From assembly GCA_017458625.1 (NCBI GenBank), contig JAFTAH010000144.1, forward strand, positions 3,106-67,105: a stretch of DNA of 64,000 bases, in the 5' to 3' direction. Of the stretch, positions 39,854 to 50,212 are shown piece after piece. Source of the stretch: Kiritimatiellia bacterium (GTDB lineage Bacteria; Verrucomicrobiota; Kiritimatiellia; CAIQIC01; Lenti-01). How positions within the stretch are numbered: position 1 is the stretch's first letter; the number at the start of each line of letters is the position of its first letter. The translations under genes and the position numbers were made by a program. The notes beneath the pieces were generated by a model that was given only the letters and a program-made list of their open reading frames with translations, was not told the origin of the DNA and did no database searches.

Positions 39854-42800
39854 ATGCAGCTCCGGCTTGTCTCCCCGCAGTCTGGGCCAACGGCCATTTT
39901 ATGCCTCGATTGCCGTCTGGACGAAGGCGGACGCCTTCGCCATGAAGCGTTGGTCACGCCGCTGCTCCAGCACATTCTGGAACGGCAGCTGGACGCGGAT
40001 TCGCCACTGCCGATTGCCTTGCTCGATGCTCGTGAGATTACGGGAAAAACGGCAAAAAACCGTGAATTTGTTGCCCACGAGCTGGTTCTGGTGCCCGACT
40101 GTCTCCTCAACGTCCAGAGCTTTGCCGGCTGCTTCGGGGCGAATCGCGTGCATCCCTTCTTCAAGTGGTTCTTCGAGCGGCGCTTTCTGGGGTTCAAGGC
40201 GAATCCGTACATCTATCGCGGCAATCTCCTCAACGAGTGGCTGGCGGCCCTCGTCAATTCGACGACGACCACCATGCCGTCCCTCGAAAGCATCATCCGC
40301 GTCTACCATCGTGCCCATCCCGGAGAGGTGGCACTGCTTCCGCCCGCAGCGAGAGGGGGCCAGCGTTATCGGGCGCAAGATGCCCGTGCGGACTTGTTCG
40401 ACGCCGCCCGTCCGCTGGCCAACCTCCTTTTACAGCGGCTTCCGCGCGACTTCCGGCTTCCCGCCGCCGAGGGCGTGCTCGAAGCCTTCTTCCTGTGCCC
40501 TTGGCTGGGGTTTCAGGGCAAGCTGGACTGCTTCTTTCCGCCCACTTCCGTCCATGGTCCCGGCATTCTCGAGCTGAAATCGGGAAAAAACTACAATCCG
40601 GGCAAAGGCAACGCCGACCACGAGACCCAGACCCGGCTCTACGCGGGCATGGTCCGCCGCGCCTATCCTGCCGCCGACCTGCCCACTGCCGTGCTGCTCT
40701 ATCCCTCTCCCCAGCGTCCGTCCGCCTTCCCGGCCGCGTCTGTGCCGGCGGCGGACCTCGTTGCCATTGACCCGGCCCGTTCCCTGCACGACCTCCTAGT
40801 CGCGCGCAACGAGCTCGTCGCCACCGATCTCGCCAATCGCACCCCCGATGGGTTGATCGACCGGCTGCAATGGCTTTTCGGCACGTGGTTCGGGAAAAGC
40901 GCGGATGCCCGCAAGTTTTTCCCCACAGAGAAGCAGAAAATGGCAACGTTCTTCGACCTGCTGGGGCGTCTCAAGGCGTCTCCGGCCGAGGCGGACTATT
41001 TTTCTGGCTTTTTCGCGTTTGGCGAGCGCGAATACTGGCAGGCCATTCAGGACTCGGCCGAGGTGGCGGCCTTGTTCCGGGGCGAGCATTCCCGCGAGTC
41101 CGTCGCCCAGATTGACGACCTGCGCAATCTGATGTGGCTCGACGCAAAACTGGTGCCCGAGGACGAGGGCCCCGTAGTCCGCCAGGCCCATGTGGAGCTG
41201 CCCGCCTCCGCGTCTGGCCGCTGGGGCTGTGAAGTTCGCGACGGCGATGGCGTGGTGGTTTTCCCTGGTCCCGGCCTGGACCAACTCGGCCATACGTTTG
41301 TCTTGCCTGCCACGGTCTCGTTCGACGGCGAACACCAGCTGCGGCTGGCCTTGGCGACACCCGTGCGGCGCGAGCTCCTGGCGACCTGGAAAACCGTGGG
41401 CATTCTCGCCCACCGCACGCCAGCCCGCGACTATGGTCGCGGCCTGTGGCAATTTGTCATGTGTGATGCTCGCCGCCGGGCGCTCTGCCTCGGACAACAA
41501 CCGCCCGTCGCCGCCCCCGTGCCCCAGGCACCATTCGCCACGCGGTTGGCCCGCGAGGACGAACAGGCCGGCAACGCCTCGCTTTGCGCCTCCGTCCGAG
41601 CCGCGTTGGCCGCCCGCGACTACTATCTGTTGGTCGGCCCGCCCGGCACTGGCAAGACCTCCCATGCCATGCGCAACATCCTTCTGGAGGAGCTTGCCCG
41701 CAATCCCGAAGCCCGCGTCTTTCTCATGGCCTTTACCAACCGCGCCGTCGATGTCATCTGCGGCATGCTCGAAGATACGGGGCTGTCCTATCTCCGCATG
41801 GGCAACGAAGCCCGCTGCGAGGGGCGTTTCCGTGCCCGGTTGATGGATCACCGTGCGCGGGTGGTTGCGGAGCAGGCGATTGCCACGGCACGCCGGGAGG
41901 GGACTGTGCCCGATCCGGATGCTGCCGTCCGGGCCATGGTCGACGCCAACCGCGTCTTCGTCTGCACGACCAGTAGCTTCGATCCCTCGGACGTGCTGTT
42001 CCGGCGGCCGTCCCTTCGGCGCGGACCGGTCATCGCCATCGTCGACGAGGCCTCGCAAATCCTCGAACCGCAGCTGGCCAAGCTCTTTTGCGCCACGGCC
42101 GATCCTGTCGATCTCTGGCCCGACGAGGCCAGCCTGGAGGGAACGCCCGGCCAGCCCCTGTTCGCCAAGCTGGTCATGATTGGCGATCCCAACCAGCTGC
42201 CTGCCGTCGTTGCGCAACCCCCCGAATCATGCGCCATCCGTTCGGAGACTCTTGCGGGACTGGGATTTACCAGTTATGGCGAGTCGCTGTTCGTGCGACT
42301 CTACCGCAGGGCCCGGACGCAGGGCTGGACTCATGCCTACGGTCAACTTACCACCCAGTTCCGGATGCACCCGCTGATTGCCGCCTTCGCCAGCCAGGCT
42401 TTTTACGGCGGAATCCTCCAGGATGGGACGGCCGCGCATCAGCAACTGCCGCCGGACGAACCGGTCTATCACGTCTACGATGCCGCCGATGCTCTCCAGG
42501 CGTTCCTGGCCAACCACCGCATCGGTTTTTTCCCCACGCCGCGAGAGGATGCCGCCGACCACGACCCCCAGGCCAGCCTCGCCGAGGCCCGACGCACGGT
42601 CGAGATTCTGCGTGCCCTGTATGCCCTCCGCCAGCGCAACGGATTGCCCTTTTCTCCAGCCGATACGTTTGCGGTAGTTGTTCCCTACAAGCGCCAGGTC
42701 GGCACCATCCGCAGTCTCTTGCAGACCACGCCCGGCATTCCGGACGACCTCAAGGCCATCGAGATCATCGACACCGTTGAGCGCGTCCAGGGCGGTTCCA

Positions 42801-43081
42801 TGGAAATCGTCCTCTACAGCACGGTCGCCATGGATGCGCGCGGCACCGACTTCCTGAGGCAGGGCGAGGCCGACAACCCCCTGCTGGCGGGCACGGGCGG
42901 TTTCGCGTCCGGAGGCAAGGTCAACCGCAAGCTGAATGTCGCCTGCACCCGTGCCCGCACCCAGTTTTTCGTCATTGGCGACGCACGGGTCCTCGCCACC
43001 CTGCCTGCCTATGCCGCGTTGCTCGTCTGGCTGACCTCTCCTGCCGCCCACGGCGGCCGCTTTCCTGCCGCCCGTTGCTGA
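39854..43081 (+). CDS. Dna2/Upf1-like SF1B helicase with N-terminal PD-(D/E)xK-type nuclease-like domain (start uncertain; frame is open back into dnaA 3' end)
   Basis: Walker A LVGPPGTGKTS, motif II IVDEASQ, motif III MIGDPNQLPAV, motif V VVPYKRQV, motif VI NRKLNVACTRART. The N-terminal KLDCFF...GILELKSGK is a D...ExK nuclease-like signature. Confidence 0.8.
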   Translation: MQLRLVSPQSGPTAILCLDCRLDEGGRLRHEALVTPLLQHILERQLDADSPLPIALLDAREITGKTAKNREFVAHELVLVPDCLLNVQSFAGCFGANRVHPFFKWFFERRFLGFKANPYIYRGNLLNEWLAALVNSTTTTMPSLESIIRVYHRAHPGEVALLPPAARGGQRYRAQDARADLFDAARPLANLLLQRLPRDFRLPAAEGVLEAFFLCPWLGFQGKLDCFFPPTSVHGPGILELKSGKNYNPGKGNADHETQTRLYAGMVRRAYPAADLPTAVLLYPSPQRPSAFPAASVPAADLVAIDPARSLHDLLVARNELVATDLANRTPDGLIDRLQWLFGTWFGKSADARKFFPTEKQKMATFFDLLGRLKASPAEADYFSGFFAFGEREYWQAIQDSAEVAALFRGEHSRESVAQIDDLRNLMWLDAKLVPEDEGPVVRQAHVELPASASGRWGCEVRDGDGVVVFPGPGLDQLGHTFVLPATVSFDGEHQLRLALATPVRRELLATWKTVGILAHRTPARDYGRGLWQFVMCDARRRALCLGQQPPVAAPVPQAPFATRLAREDEQAGNASLCASVRAALAARDYYLLVGPPGTGKTSHAMRNILLEELARNPEARVFLMAFTNRAVDVICGMLEDTGLSYLRMGNEARCEGRFRARLMDHRARVVAEQAIATARREGTVPDPDAAVRAMVDANRVFVCTTSSFDPSDVLFRRPSLRRGPVIAIVDEASQILEPQLAKLFCATADPVDLWPDEASLEGTPGQPLFAKLVMIGDPNQLPAVVAQPPESCAIRSETLAGLGFTSYGESLFVRLYRRARTQGWTHAYGQLTTQFRMHPLIAAFASQAFYGGILQDGTAAHQQLPPDEPVYHVYDAADALQAFLANHRIGFFPTPREDAADHDPQASLAEARRTVEILRALYALRQRNGLPFSPADTFAVVVPYKRQVGTIRSLLQTTPGIPDDLKAIEIIDTVERVQGGSMEIVLYSTVAMDARGTDFLRQGEADNPLLAGTGGFASGGKVNRKLNVACTRARTQFFVIGDARVLATLPAYAALLVWLTSPAAHGGRFPAARC

Positions 43082-43234
43082 ACCCCCAGCGCTTGCCTTC
43101 TGCAACGCCTTGCGCGACTTCCGACTACCGGCTTCCGTCCGCCGGTGACGGCCGATGGTCGACAGTCGACGGTCGACAGGGGGGCTGTCAGACGGGAGGG
43201 GCGCTTGCGCCTGCGCCAAGCGGTGCGAGCCGGC

Positions 43235-46200
43235 CTACTCCTCAGGCGGCTGCAAGGCGGGCTTGAGGCGGATGGCCCACATGCCGTTGGTGGTGGGCGG
43301 CTCGAAGGTATAGGTGTAGGTGTAGGTGCGTTCGCCGGATTCCACGCGGTTGGGGATTGAGTCCAGCTTCTCCCACTTGGGCGTGACCAGGTTGGTGCAG
43401 CTCTGGAGCTCGATCTCTTCGGCCAGGGGGGGGAAGGAGGAACGGAGCGTGGAGGTGATGGTCGCCTTGCCGGTCTGCCGGTTGAACTCCAGCAGGTCGA
43501 TGGCCAGCGGCTCCTCGGGGTCGTCGAAGTCGGGGAACGGGACGACGAAGGTGAACGGATTGCTCCTGGCCTCCTCCGCGTTGGCATAGGTCGCGCAGGT
43601 CGCGACCCCGTTGGAGTCGGCCCCGACAAAAGCGGCCAGGTAGAGTTCGCTGTCGGCATCGACCTCGAAGTAGTACTGCAAGGTCTCCAGGCGGGAGAGC
43701 TCGCCGGCGGAGAACGCGGTGCAGGACAGGAAGTTGTTGGTCCCGTCGCCGGCACCTTGGGTGAAGGTGACCTCCTGGGAGGAGAACTCCCCGCTGGTGC
43801 CTTCGCGGACGAAGAGGACGCCGGAGCAGTCGTCGTCGACAATGTCCTGCGGCCCGCCGACGAAGAACCGGACGGCCTGTCGCATGTCGACAGGCCAGAC
43901 GCTGGTGTCGCCGACCTTGGTGTCGATCATGTAGAAGGTGTCAATGCCGCCCATCACGCACCGCGCGGCCTCGTGGAACAGCCCGAGGGGCACGCTCTTC
44001 TCGGCGGTTTCGCTGACGGTCAGCTCCTGGCCGACATTGGCGTTGCCGACGGTGAAGGCGTTGGTGGTGGTCCAGCTGTCGGTGAAGTCGCTGGCGGACG
44101 AGCCTTCGCCACTGGCGCCGAGCGACCCATGCCCATCGTTCACCTGCGCGCCGGCGTACTGTCCGTTATAGGCGCGACCGTAGACGAGCGTGTCGATGGT
44201 GGCACGGTACTTGGACTGGAGGCGGATCATGCCTGAGTCATGGATGTGGTTGTCCTTTTCCACGGCTGTCGAAATCACGGTTGTCGGCACGAAGTTGGTG
44301 GTGAAGTACAGGTCGACATTCTTCAGCGGATTCTTGGTGTCCTTGGCGTTGTCGCCCAGGACATAGAAGCCGTAGCTTGACGCCCCGGTGGCATTGGAGA
44401 CGGTGATGTCGGCGGGCAGCGTGACCCCGTTCGGGATGGTATAGGTCGCATAGATTTGCGAGCCTGCCGCGTCAACTTCCCCAGAGCGGGTGAGCAGCAG
44501 CTGGACCTTCCAGCCGCCGATGTCGGTGCCCGCCGGACCGCACAGCTCGATGAATTCGTGCTTCTCCGGCCCTGGCATGTCCTCGCCCCAGATGGGGTCT
44601 TCCATCATGTCGTCCGGCGTCGCCAGGTAGGCAATCTCGTTGATCCAGACCTTGCCGCCGGCCACCGACGAGAAGGCGGTCTCGTTGGTGGCGGAAAGCG
44701 AGACGTTGGTGACGACGGCGGAGCCGGAGACGGTGGACCAGGTGACGCGCAGCCAGTAGCGCATGAGCGTGTTGGTCGGCTGCGGCGCGTTGGCCCCGCT
44801 CAGATAGAGTCCCTCGCCCCCATCGTACGTCAGCGAGTTCGTGTAGACCTGCGACTTGTAGCCCGCCGAGCTGGGCGGCTTCAGCTGGTAGAGCATCTGC
44901 ACCTTTTCGATGGTGGAATCCCCGACCGGCTGGACGCTGCCCGTGAAGCGGTAGTTCGACTCCAGGGCCGGAGGATCTGGCGTGATGCCGGGCGTCATCG
45001 ACACGTTGCCGGGCTGCTTGTAGGCGGCGGCGTTGATGTTGTCGAGCACGACGGTCTGCTTGCCATTCAGGTAGAACTGGACGTAGAGCGTGCGCGTGTC
45101 CTGGATGGAAATGCTGTACGGCGCCATGTTGGTCGGCGAGCTGGGAATCTGATTGGTCGCGATGGTCGTCCAGGTCTTGCCATCAGGCGAAGTCTTCACG
45201 AGGAGGGTCGGATGGTGGTTGTTACTCAGCGGGCAGGCCGTGTAGGTCAGGGTGCCGATGCCGGGCAGGGCTGGGGACAGCAAGTAGGAGCCGCTGTCGC
45301 GCATCTGGAGTGCCTGGGTGCCCTCGCGCATCACGATGGCTCCGCCAACGCAGCTCCATCCCTGCCCGTTTCTATTCGTATAGGCGGAGCCCGCCTTCCA
45401 CTTCTCGAATGCCTGGGTGCGGGAGACGCTGCCGCCCTCGAACACGCGCACCTGGATGTCGTCGACGGTGAAGAACTGGTCTTCGTTGCAAACCGCCTCG
45501 AACTTGACGGCGACGGCCCCGCCGACGTTGGCGTCCACGTCGGTCCGGAGGCCGGTACCCACCGGCAGCACGTCACCGATGGGCGTCCAGTCGGTCTTGT
45601 TGGTGGAGATGGAGACCTGGATGGCCTGGGTGATGTTGGTATCGCCGCTGATGACGAGGGTGATGGTGCCTGCGCCGCCCGACCCGTACAGCGGAGAGAT
45701 GATGCTGTCGCCAGCGCCGAGCCGGGCGCAGAGGCCGCCGGAATTGGTGGCGACCTGGCCGACCAGCTGCCAGCCGGCCTGGTTGTAGGTGCCGTGATAC
45801 TGCTGCCAGCTCTCGGTGGTCCAGTCCTCGAAGGTCTGCCGCCGCGACTCCACCACGCTGGCCTCGACGGTGATGTCGTCGAGGCGCACGAGGCCAGCCA
45901 GGGTGGCCTCGGAGCGCAGCCGCAACCAGCTGGCGGCGGGTGCATTGAGGTAGACGCTGAAGCTCTGCCAGGCGGTGTCGGTGGCCTTCACCGTCACGTT
46001 GGTCACCTCGGTCCAGGAGGAGTTGCCCTCGGAAATCTCGACATGGATGGTGGCATTCGCCGTGTTGGTGGCGGTGGCGGCCCGGTACCAGAACGTGAGG
46101 TCGCCGACGCCGCCGGAGAGCTCGGGCGTCACGATGGAGCTGTTCGTGTGCAGAATCAGCGACAGGCCGCTCGGCACATACACGTTGGGCGGCAGTGTCC

Positions 46201-49189
46201 GGACGAATTCGCCCAGGCCGGAGGTCTCGTCCACGCCGTCGATGATCCACTCATCCCAGAGCGGCCATTCCGCCGTGACCGCGTTGGTCGTGCCAAAGCC
46301 CTGCCAGCTGACGCGGCTGAGCGTGTGGTCGCGCATGACGAACGCGTTGAAGCTGGTCCAGGCGTTGGCGCCGACCTGGCCGATGCGGTCGACGACCTTG
46401 GTGCCCTTCATCAGCACCACCACGTCGTCGCCGTTGAAGGTGAGCCGATGCGTCTGCATGTCGCTGGCGGCGATGATCGCGGCGGCGGGATCCATGTTGG
46501 TGGGGAAGTATCCCTTTTCCTGGGAGATGACGAACGATTCGCCGCTGCCGAGCGTGCCGCTGAGGGCAATGGTATCGGCGGCCGCGTAGGTCGTGGCCCC
46601 GTTGGTATAGAAGACGAGGCTGTACTCCGCGAGGTTGACGCTCTGCGTGCTGGCGTTGAAGATCTCCAGGGCCTTGTTGTTGTTGCGTCCCTCGATGTAC
46701 TTGGCGAAGAAGACGCCGCCCGGGCCCAGCTCCAGGTCCATCGCGTTGTCGATCGTCTTGCCCGCGCCCTGGATGCTCCAGTCTGGCGAGAAGGGCCCGA
46801 ATCCGCTCTGGCGGCCCGTCCAGGTGTCGAACGTCTGGATGCGCGACGAGGCCACGCGCAGCTCCGCATCGTCCACGAAGATGGCGCCCGTGTCGGAGGC
46901 GTCGTTGTACATGATGACGGCATGGGCGGTCGCGGCCCCCTCGGGCACGTCTGTTTCCAGCTGCCCGTATGTCCAGCTCCAGGTGGTCAGCCCATCCACG
47001 TCCGTCTGGTCGGAGCCGACGACGTCGAAGCCGTTTTCGTTGCTGCTCGGCTTCCGCCATTCGATCTGCAAGATGACATGGGCGCTGCTCGACCAGTCGG
47101 CCGTCTTCTTGAAATAGGCGCTCAGGCGATAGGTGGCCCCCCACTGCGAGCTGTTGACGGGCACGTCGAAGGTCAGGCCGCCATGGTTTTGGTCACTCGT
47201 CGCCGCCAGCTGCGAAAGATAGCCCGCACTCTTGCCGGAATGCCATGCGTTCGTGGTCATGCGCGCATTCCAGTAGCCCCATTTTGTCGGGAAGGAGTTG
47301 TCGTCCAGCTGTTCGCAGCCCGGGTCGTCCAGCAGGTTCACCTTCGAGGTGGTGCTTTGCGCATACTTCCGGTTCACCTCGACCGCCAGCGAGGTCTTGT
47401 TGAAGGTGACCTCGTACATGCCGGGGCCCGTGCTCTTGAGCTGGAAGGGCTGGAGCGCCGAACGGTCCGAGCTGGCGACGGCGGTGCCGGAGTAGCCTGC
47501 GGAGAGGGAGGCGGGGGACATGGCCGCGTCCGTCGAGTAGCCGTAGTAGAGGCCGCCCGTCGCGCCGGCCGCGTTGCGCTCCGAGAAGAGCAGCGTCAGC
47601 GTCGTGCCGTTTGCGTTCGTCACCCAGAAGCTCGAGCTGTAGCTTTGGCCCGCCTGCGTCAGGTTGGCGCCGTTTGCCAGGCCGCGTGGCCCTTGCCAGT
47701 TGCCGTCCACGCTCATTCCCTCCGCTTGAAAGACCAGCACGCTCGTCTGCTCCACGTAGAGCGTCAGCGTCTCCTCGTCGAAGGTGAAGTGGAACGTCCC
47801 GCCCGCTGCAATCTCCAGCGAGCCGGAGCCCGTGCCGCACATCGGCCACGAGACGGCCGTTCCGTTGGTGTTGGCCGCCACCGTCCATGGTCCCGGCGGG
47901 CCCCAGCGTTCGCTGTCCGTGGCGCGGGCGGGGACGATCGCTAGCTGCACCGAGGTGCCTTCGCCCAGCGTCACGTCGCATTCCCAGATGCCGGCGCGCG
48001 TCTCCGACATCACGCCTTCCGCCGAGTTCTTGCCGTAGTTGTTGAAGTCGCCGATGACCTGGGCCGACTTGAGGTTGGCGCCTGCGCTGGCCGCCGTTCC
48101 CACCACGTCGCAGGTCTTGGTCGTCTCGTCGAAGTTGAACGTCAGTTCCGTTCCCGTCGGCTGGCCCTGTACGAAGATGTTGCCGCCGCCCTGCACCAGC
48201 GGCCCGATTCCGGTCGCCGGCAGGCGCGTGATCGTGAGCTCGGTGGGGCCGCCCCAGTTGACGGTCCAGCTGTTGTTGGCGGCAAACTTGAAGGCCCCGT
48301 TGTTGGTGATTGTGGGGTAGGTGCCGGTCCAAAGCCCGTCGCCGTTGTTGGCCAGCGGGCACTGGGATTCGCTCCATTCGCCGAGCAGGTCGCCTGGCAG
48401 CGTCACGGCCGCCAGGGGGGCCGCCACGTAGAGCATCAGCGTCTCCTCGTCGAACGTGAAGTGGTACTTGCCGCTGGCCGCGACCGACAGCGTGCCGGTG
48501 CTGGAGCCGCACATGGACCAGCCGAGGGCCTCGGTGGCGCTGGCCGCAACCGGCTGCGCGTACGGCGGGCCCCATCGTTCGGTGGTCGTTGCCCCGCTCG
48601 GCTTCACCAGCAGCTGGATGGTCGTCCCTTCGGAAAGCGTCACGTCGGCCTCCCAGAGGCCGTCGGTGGTCTCCGTCATGGTGCCGGCCGTCGAGCCGCT
48701 GCCGAACGAATTGAAGGCCCCGACCACCTGCGCCGACTGCAAGTCCGCGCCCGCGCTGGCCGCGCCGGTCAGGTCGAAGGTCAGTGCCGAATCGTTAAAG
48801 GTGAACGTCACCGCCGTCCCTGTCGGCACCCCTTTCACCCCGATGTTGCTACCCCCTTGCGCCAGCGGGCCGGTTGCGGGCAGCCGCGCGATGACGAGGT
48901 CGGAGGCACCGCCCCAGTTGACGGTCCAGGCCTTGTTGGCCGCGAACTTGAACTCGCCGTTGTCGGTGGTGGTCGCGAAGGTGCCGCTCCAGGTGCCGTC
49001 ACCGTTTTTGGACAGGAGGTTCTTGGTCACGGTCCAGTTGTCGCCGAGCAGAGAGCCCGGCACGGTAATGGCCGAGTAGGATGCCGCCCAGGCCGATGTG
49101 CCCAGACTCGTCGCCAGCCATGTCAAGACGGCGGCAACCCCCGCCTTCGCGCCATCCAGGTACCAACCTCTTCGCGTGTTTTTCGCCAT
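43235..49189 (-). CDS. giant secreted cell-surface protein (~1985 aa) containing a lamin-tail domain (LTD) and duplicated ~230-aa beta-sandwich modules
   Basis: Signal MAKNTRRGWYLDGAKAGVAAVLTWLATSLGTSAWA at the internal ATG 49189. The upstream 89 codons of the ORF are basic and low-complexity. VWINEIAYLATPDD...EFIELCGPAGTDIGGWKV is the LTD signature. Two near-identical modules (ITVPGSLLGDNW.VTKN.L..NGDG.W.GT... / VTLPGDLLGEWSESQCPLANNGDGLWTGTY...) are present. Confidence 0.8.
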   Translation of the reverse strand: MAKNTRRGWYLDGAKAGVAAVLTWLATSLGTSAWAASYSAITVPGSLLGDNWTVTKNLLSKNGDGTWSGTFATTTDNGEFKFAANKAWTVNWGGASDLVIARLPATGPLAQGGSNIGVKGVPTGTAVTFTFNDSALTFDLTGAASAGADLQSAQVVGAFNSFGSGSTAGTMTETTDGLWEADVTLSEGTTIQLLVKPSGATTTERWGPPYAQPVAASATEALGWSMCGSSTGTLSVAASGKYHFTFDEETLMLYVAAPLAAVTLPGDLLGEWSESQCPLANNGDGLWTGTYPTITNNGAFKFAANNSWTVNWGGPTELTITRLPATGIGPLVQGGGNIFVQGQPTGTELTFNFDETTKTCDVVGTAASAGANLKSAQVIGDFNNYGKNSAEGVMSETRAGIWECDVTLGEGTSVQLAIVPARATDSERWGPPGPWTVAANTNGTAVSWPMCGTGSGSLEIAAGGTFHFTFDEETLTLYVEQTSVLVFQAEGMSVDGNWQGPRGLANGANLTQAGQSYSSSFWVTNANGTTLTLLFSERNAAGATGGLYYGYSTDAAMSPASLSAGYSGTAVASSDRSALQPFQLKSTGPGMYEVTFNKTSLAVEVNRKYAQSTTSKVNLLDDPGCEQLDDNSFPTKWGYWNARMTTNAWHSGKSAGYLSQLAATSDQNHGGLTFDVPVNSSQWGATYRLSAYFKKTADWSSSAHVILQIEWRKPSSNENGFDVVGSDQTDVDGLTTWSWTYGQLETDVPEGAATAHAVIMYNDASDTGAIFVDDAELRVASSRIQTFDTWTGRQSGFGPFSPDWSIQGAGKTIDNAMDLELGPGGVFFAKYIEGRNNNKALEIFNASTQSVNLAEYSLVFYTNGATTYAAADTIALSGTLGSGESFVISQEKGYFPTNMDPAAAIIAASDMQTHRLTFNGDDVVVLMKGTKVVDRIGQVGANAWTSFNAFVMRDHTLSRVSWQGFGTTNAVTAEWPLWDEWIIDGVDETSGLGEFVRTLPPNVYVPSGLSLILHTNSSIVTPELSGGVGDLTFWYRAATATNTANATIHVEISEGNSSWTEVTNVTVKATDTAWQSFSVYLNAPAASWLRLRSEATLAGLVRLDDITVEASVVESRRQTFEDWTTESWQQYHGTYNQAGWQLVGQVATNSGGLCARLGAGDSIISPLYGSGGAGTITLVISGDTNITQAIQVSISTNKTDWTPIGDVLPVGTGLRTDVDANVGGAVAVKFEAVCNEDQFFTVDDIQVRVFEGGSVSRTQAFEKWKAGSAYTNRNGQGWSCVGGAIVMREGTQALQMRDSGSYLLSPALPGIGTLTYTACPLSNNHHPTLLVKTSPDGKTWTTIATNQIPSSPTNMAPYSISIQDTRTLYVQFYLNGKQTVVLDNINAAAYKQPGNVSMTPGITPDPPALESNYRFTGSVQPVGDSTIEKVQMLYQLKPPSSAGYKSQVYTNSLTYDGGEGLYLSGANAPQPTNTLMRYWLRVTWSTVSGSAVVTNVSLSATNETAFSSVAGGKVWINEIAYLATPDDMMEDPIWGEDMPGPEKHEFIELCGPAGTDIGGWKVQLLLTRSGEVDAAGSQIYATYTIPNGVTLPADITVSNATGASSYGFYVLGDNAKDTKNPLKNVDLYFTTNFVPTTVISTAVEKDNHIHDSGMIRLQSKYRATIDTLVYGRAYNGQYAGAQVNDGHGSLGASGEGSSASDFTDSWTTTNAFTVGNANVGQELTVSETAEKSVPLGLFHEAARCVMGGIDTFYMIDTKVGDTSVWPVDMRQAVRFFVGGPQDIVDDDCSGVLFVREGTSGEFSSQEVTFTQGAGDGTNNFLSCTAFSAGELSRLETLQYYFEVDADSELYLAAFVGADSNGVATCATYANAEEARSNPFTFVVPFPDFDDPEEPLAIDLLEFNRQTGKATITSTLRSSFPPLAEEIELQSCTNLVTPKWEKLDSIPNRVESGERTYTYTYTFEPPTTNGMWAIRLKPALQPPEE

Positions 49190-49681
49190 GGCCCATGCCC
49201 TCTCTTGTTGTGGGTGCACCGTCGCACCGGAGGAAATATAGCATCCCCGGCCCTCGCGTCCAATCCCTTTTTTCGTGCGCGTGTGCGAAACGCGCGCGCA
49301 AGGAATCTGCTTTTCGACGCATTTTTCCCTTGCTCCGCGCCCGCCCTGCGCGCTACGCTTATACCACATGCGACTTCCCCGCTTCATTTCCGCTTGGCGC
49401 GACCGCTGGGTCTCGGCGTCCCTCACCACCTCGGAGCGCCGCTTCATCTGCAGCATCCTGCTTGTCCTCGTCTTCGGCCTTGCCCTGCGCGCCTACTACC
49501 GGCTTGTTCCGCCGACCGAGGCCGCCGCTCCCGCCGGTGCCGGTGCCGCGTCTGCCACCCCCCCTCTTGAAGCCGCCCGGCCTTCCGGCTCCGGCACCAC
49601 CCCCATGCAGCCCCTCCCCGCCGACGCCAGGGGCCGCATCGATGCCGATGTCGGCGAACTGCTCGTAGAGGAACTCGTCCG

Positions 49682-50134
49682 ATGAATACGCCCGACTCCG
49701 TCCCCGCCCCCGCCGCCCCCGCCGACTGCCTGTTCTGCAAGATCGCCTCCGGGGCCATCCCCTCCGCCAAGGTCTTCGAGGATGACCAGTGCCTCGTCTT
49801 CATGGACATCGGCCCCCTGACGCACGGTCACGCCCTGGTCATTCCCAAGCAGCACGTCCGCGCCATCACCGAGGCGCCTCTCGACCTCGCATCCCACCTT
49901 CTGGACATCGCCCAGCGCGTCGCCCGCGCCCAGGTGGCGGCCCTCGGCGCCAAGGGCGTCAACATCGTCACCAACGACGGCGAGCTGGCCGGCCAGACCG
50001 TCCCGCACCTCCATTTCCACGTCATCCCGCAGTATCCCGACGACCAGCACGTCTGGAACTGGGAGCCGCACCCCTACGCCGATCCCGTCCACGCCCCCGT
50101 CCTGGCCGCGGCCCTTGCCGGCGCCATGCCCTAG
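49682..50134 (+). CDS. HIT-family (histidine triad) nucleotide hydrolase
   Basis: CLFCKI, HGHALVIPKQH and the HLHFHVIP histidine triad. Confidence 0.8.
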   Translation: MNTPDSVPAPAAPADCLFCKIASGAIPSAKVFEDDQCLVFMDIGPLTHGHALVIPKQHVRAITEAPLDLASHLLDIAQRVARAQVAALGAKGVNIVTNDGELAGQTVPHLHFHVIPQYPDDQHVWNWEPHPYADPVHAPVLAAALAGAMP

Positions 50135-50212
50135 CTCCGCCCAGCTCCCATGCCTCGCCTGTCCTTTTCCCCCAACCTGACCGCTCAACCCGCCCCGCAA
50201 GGAGATTCCTCC

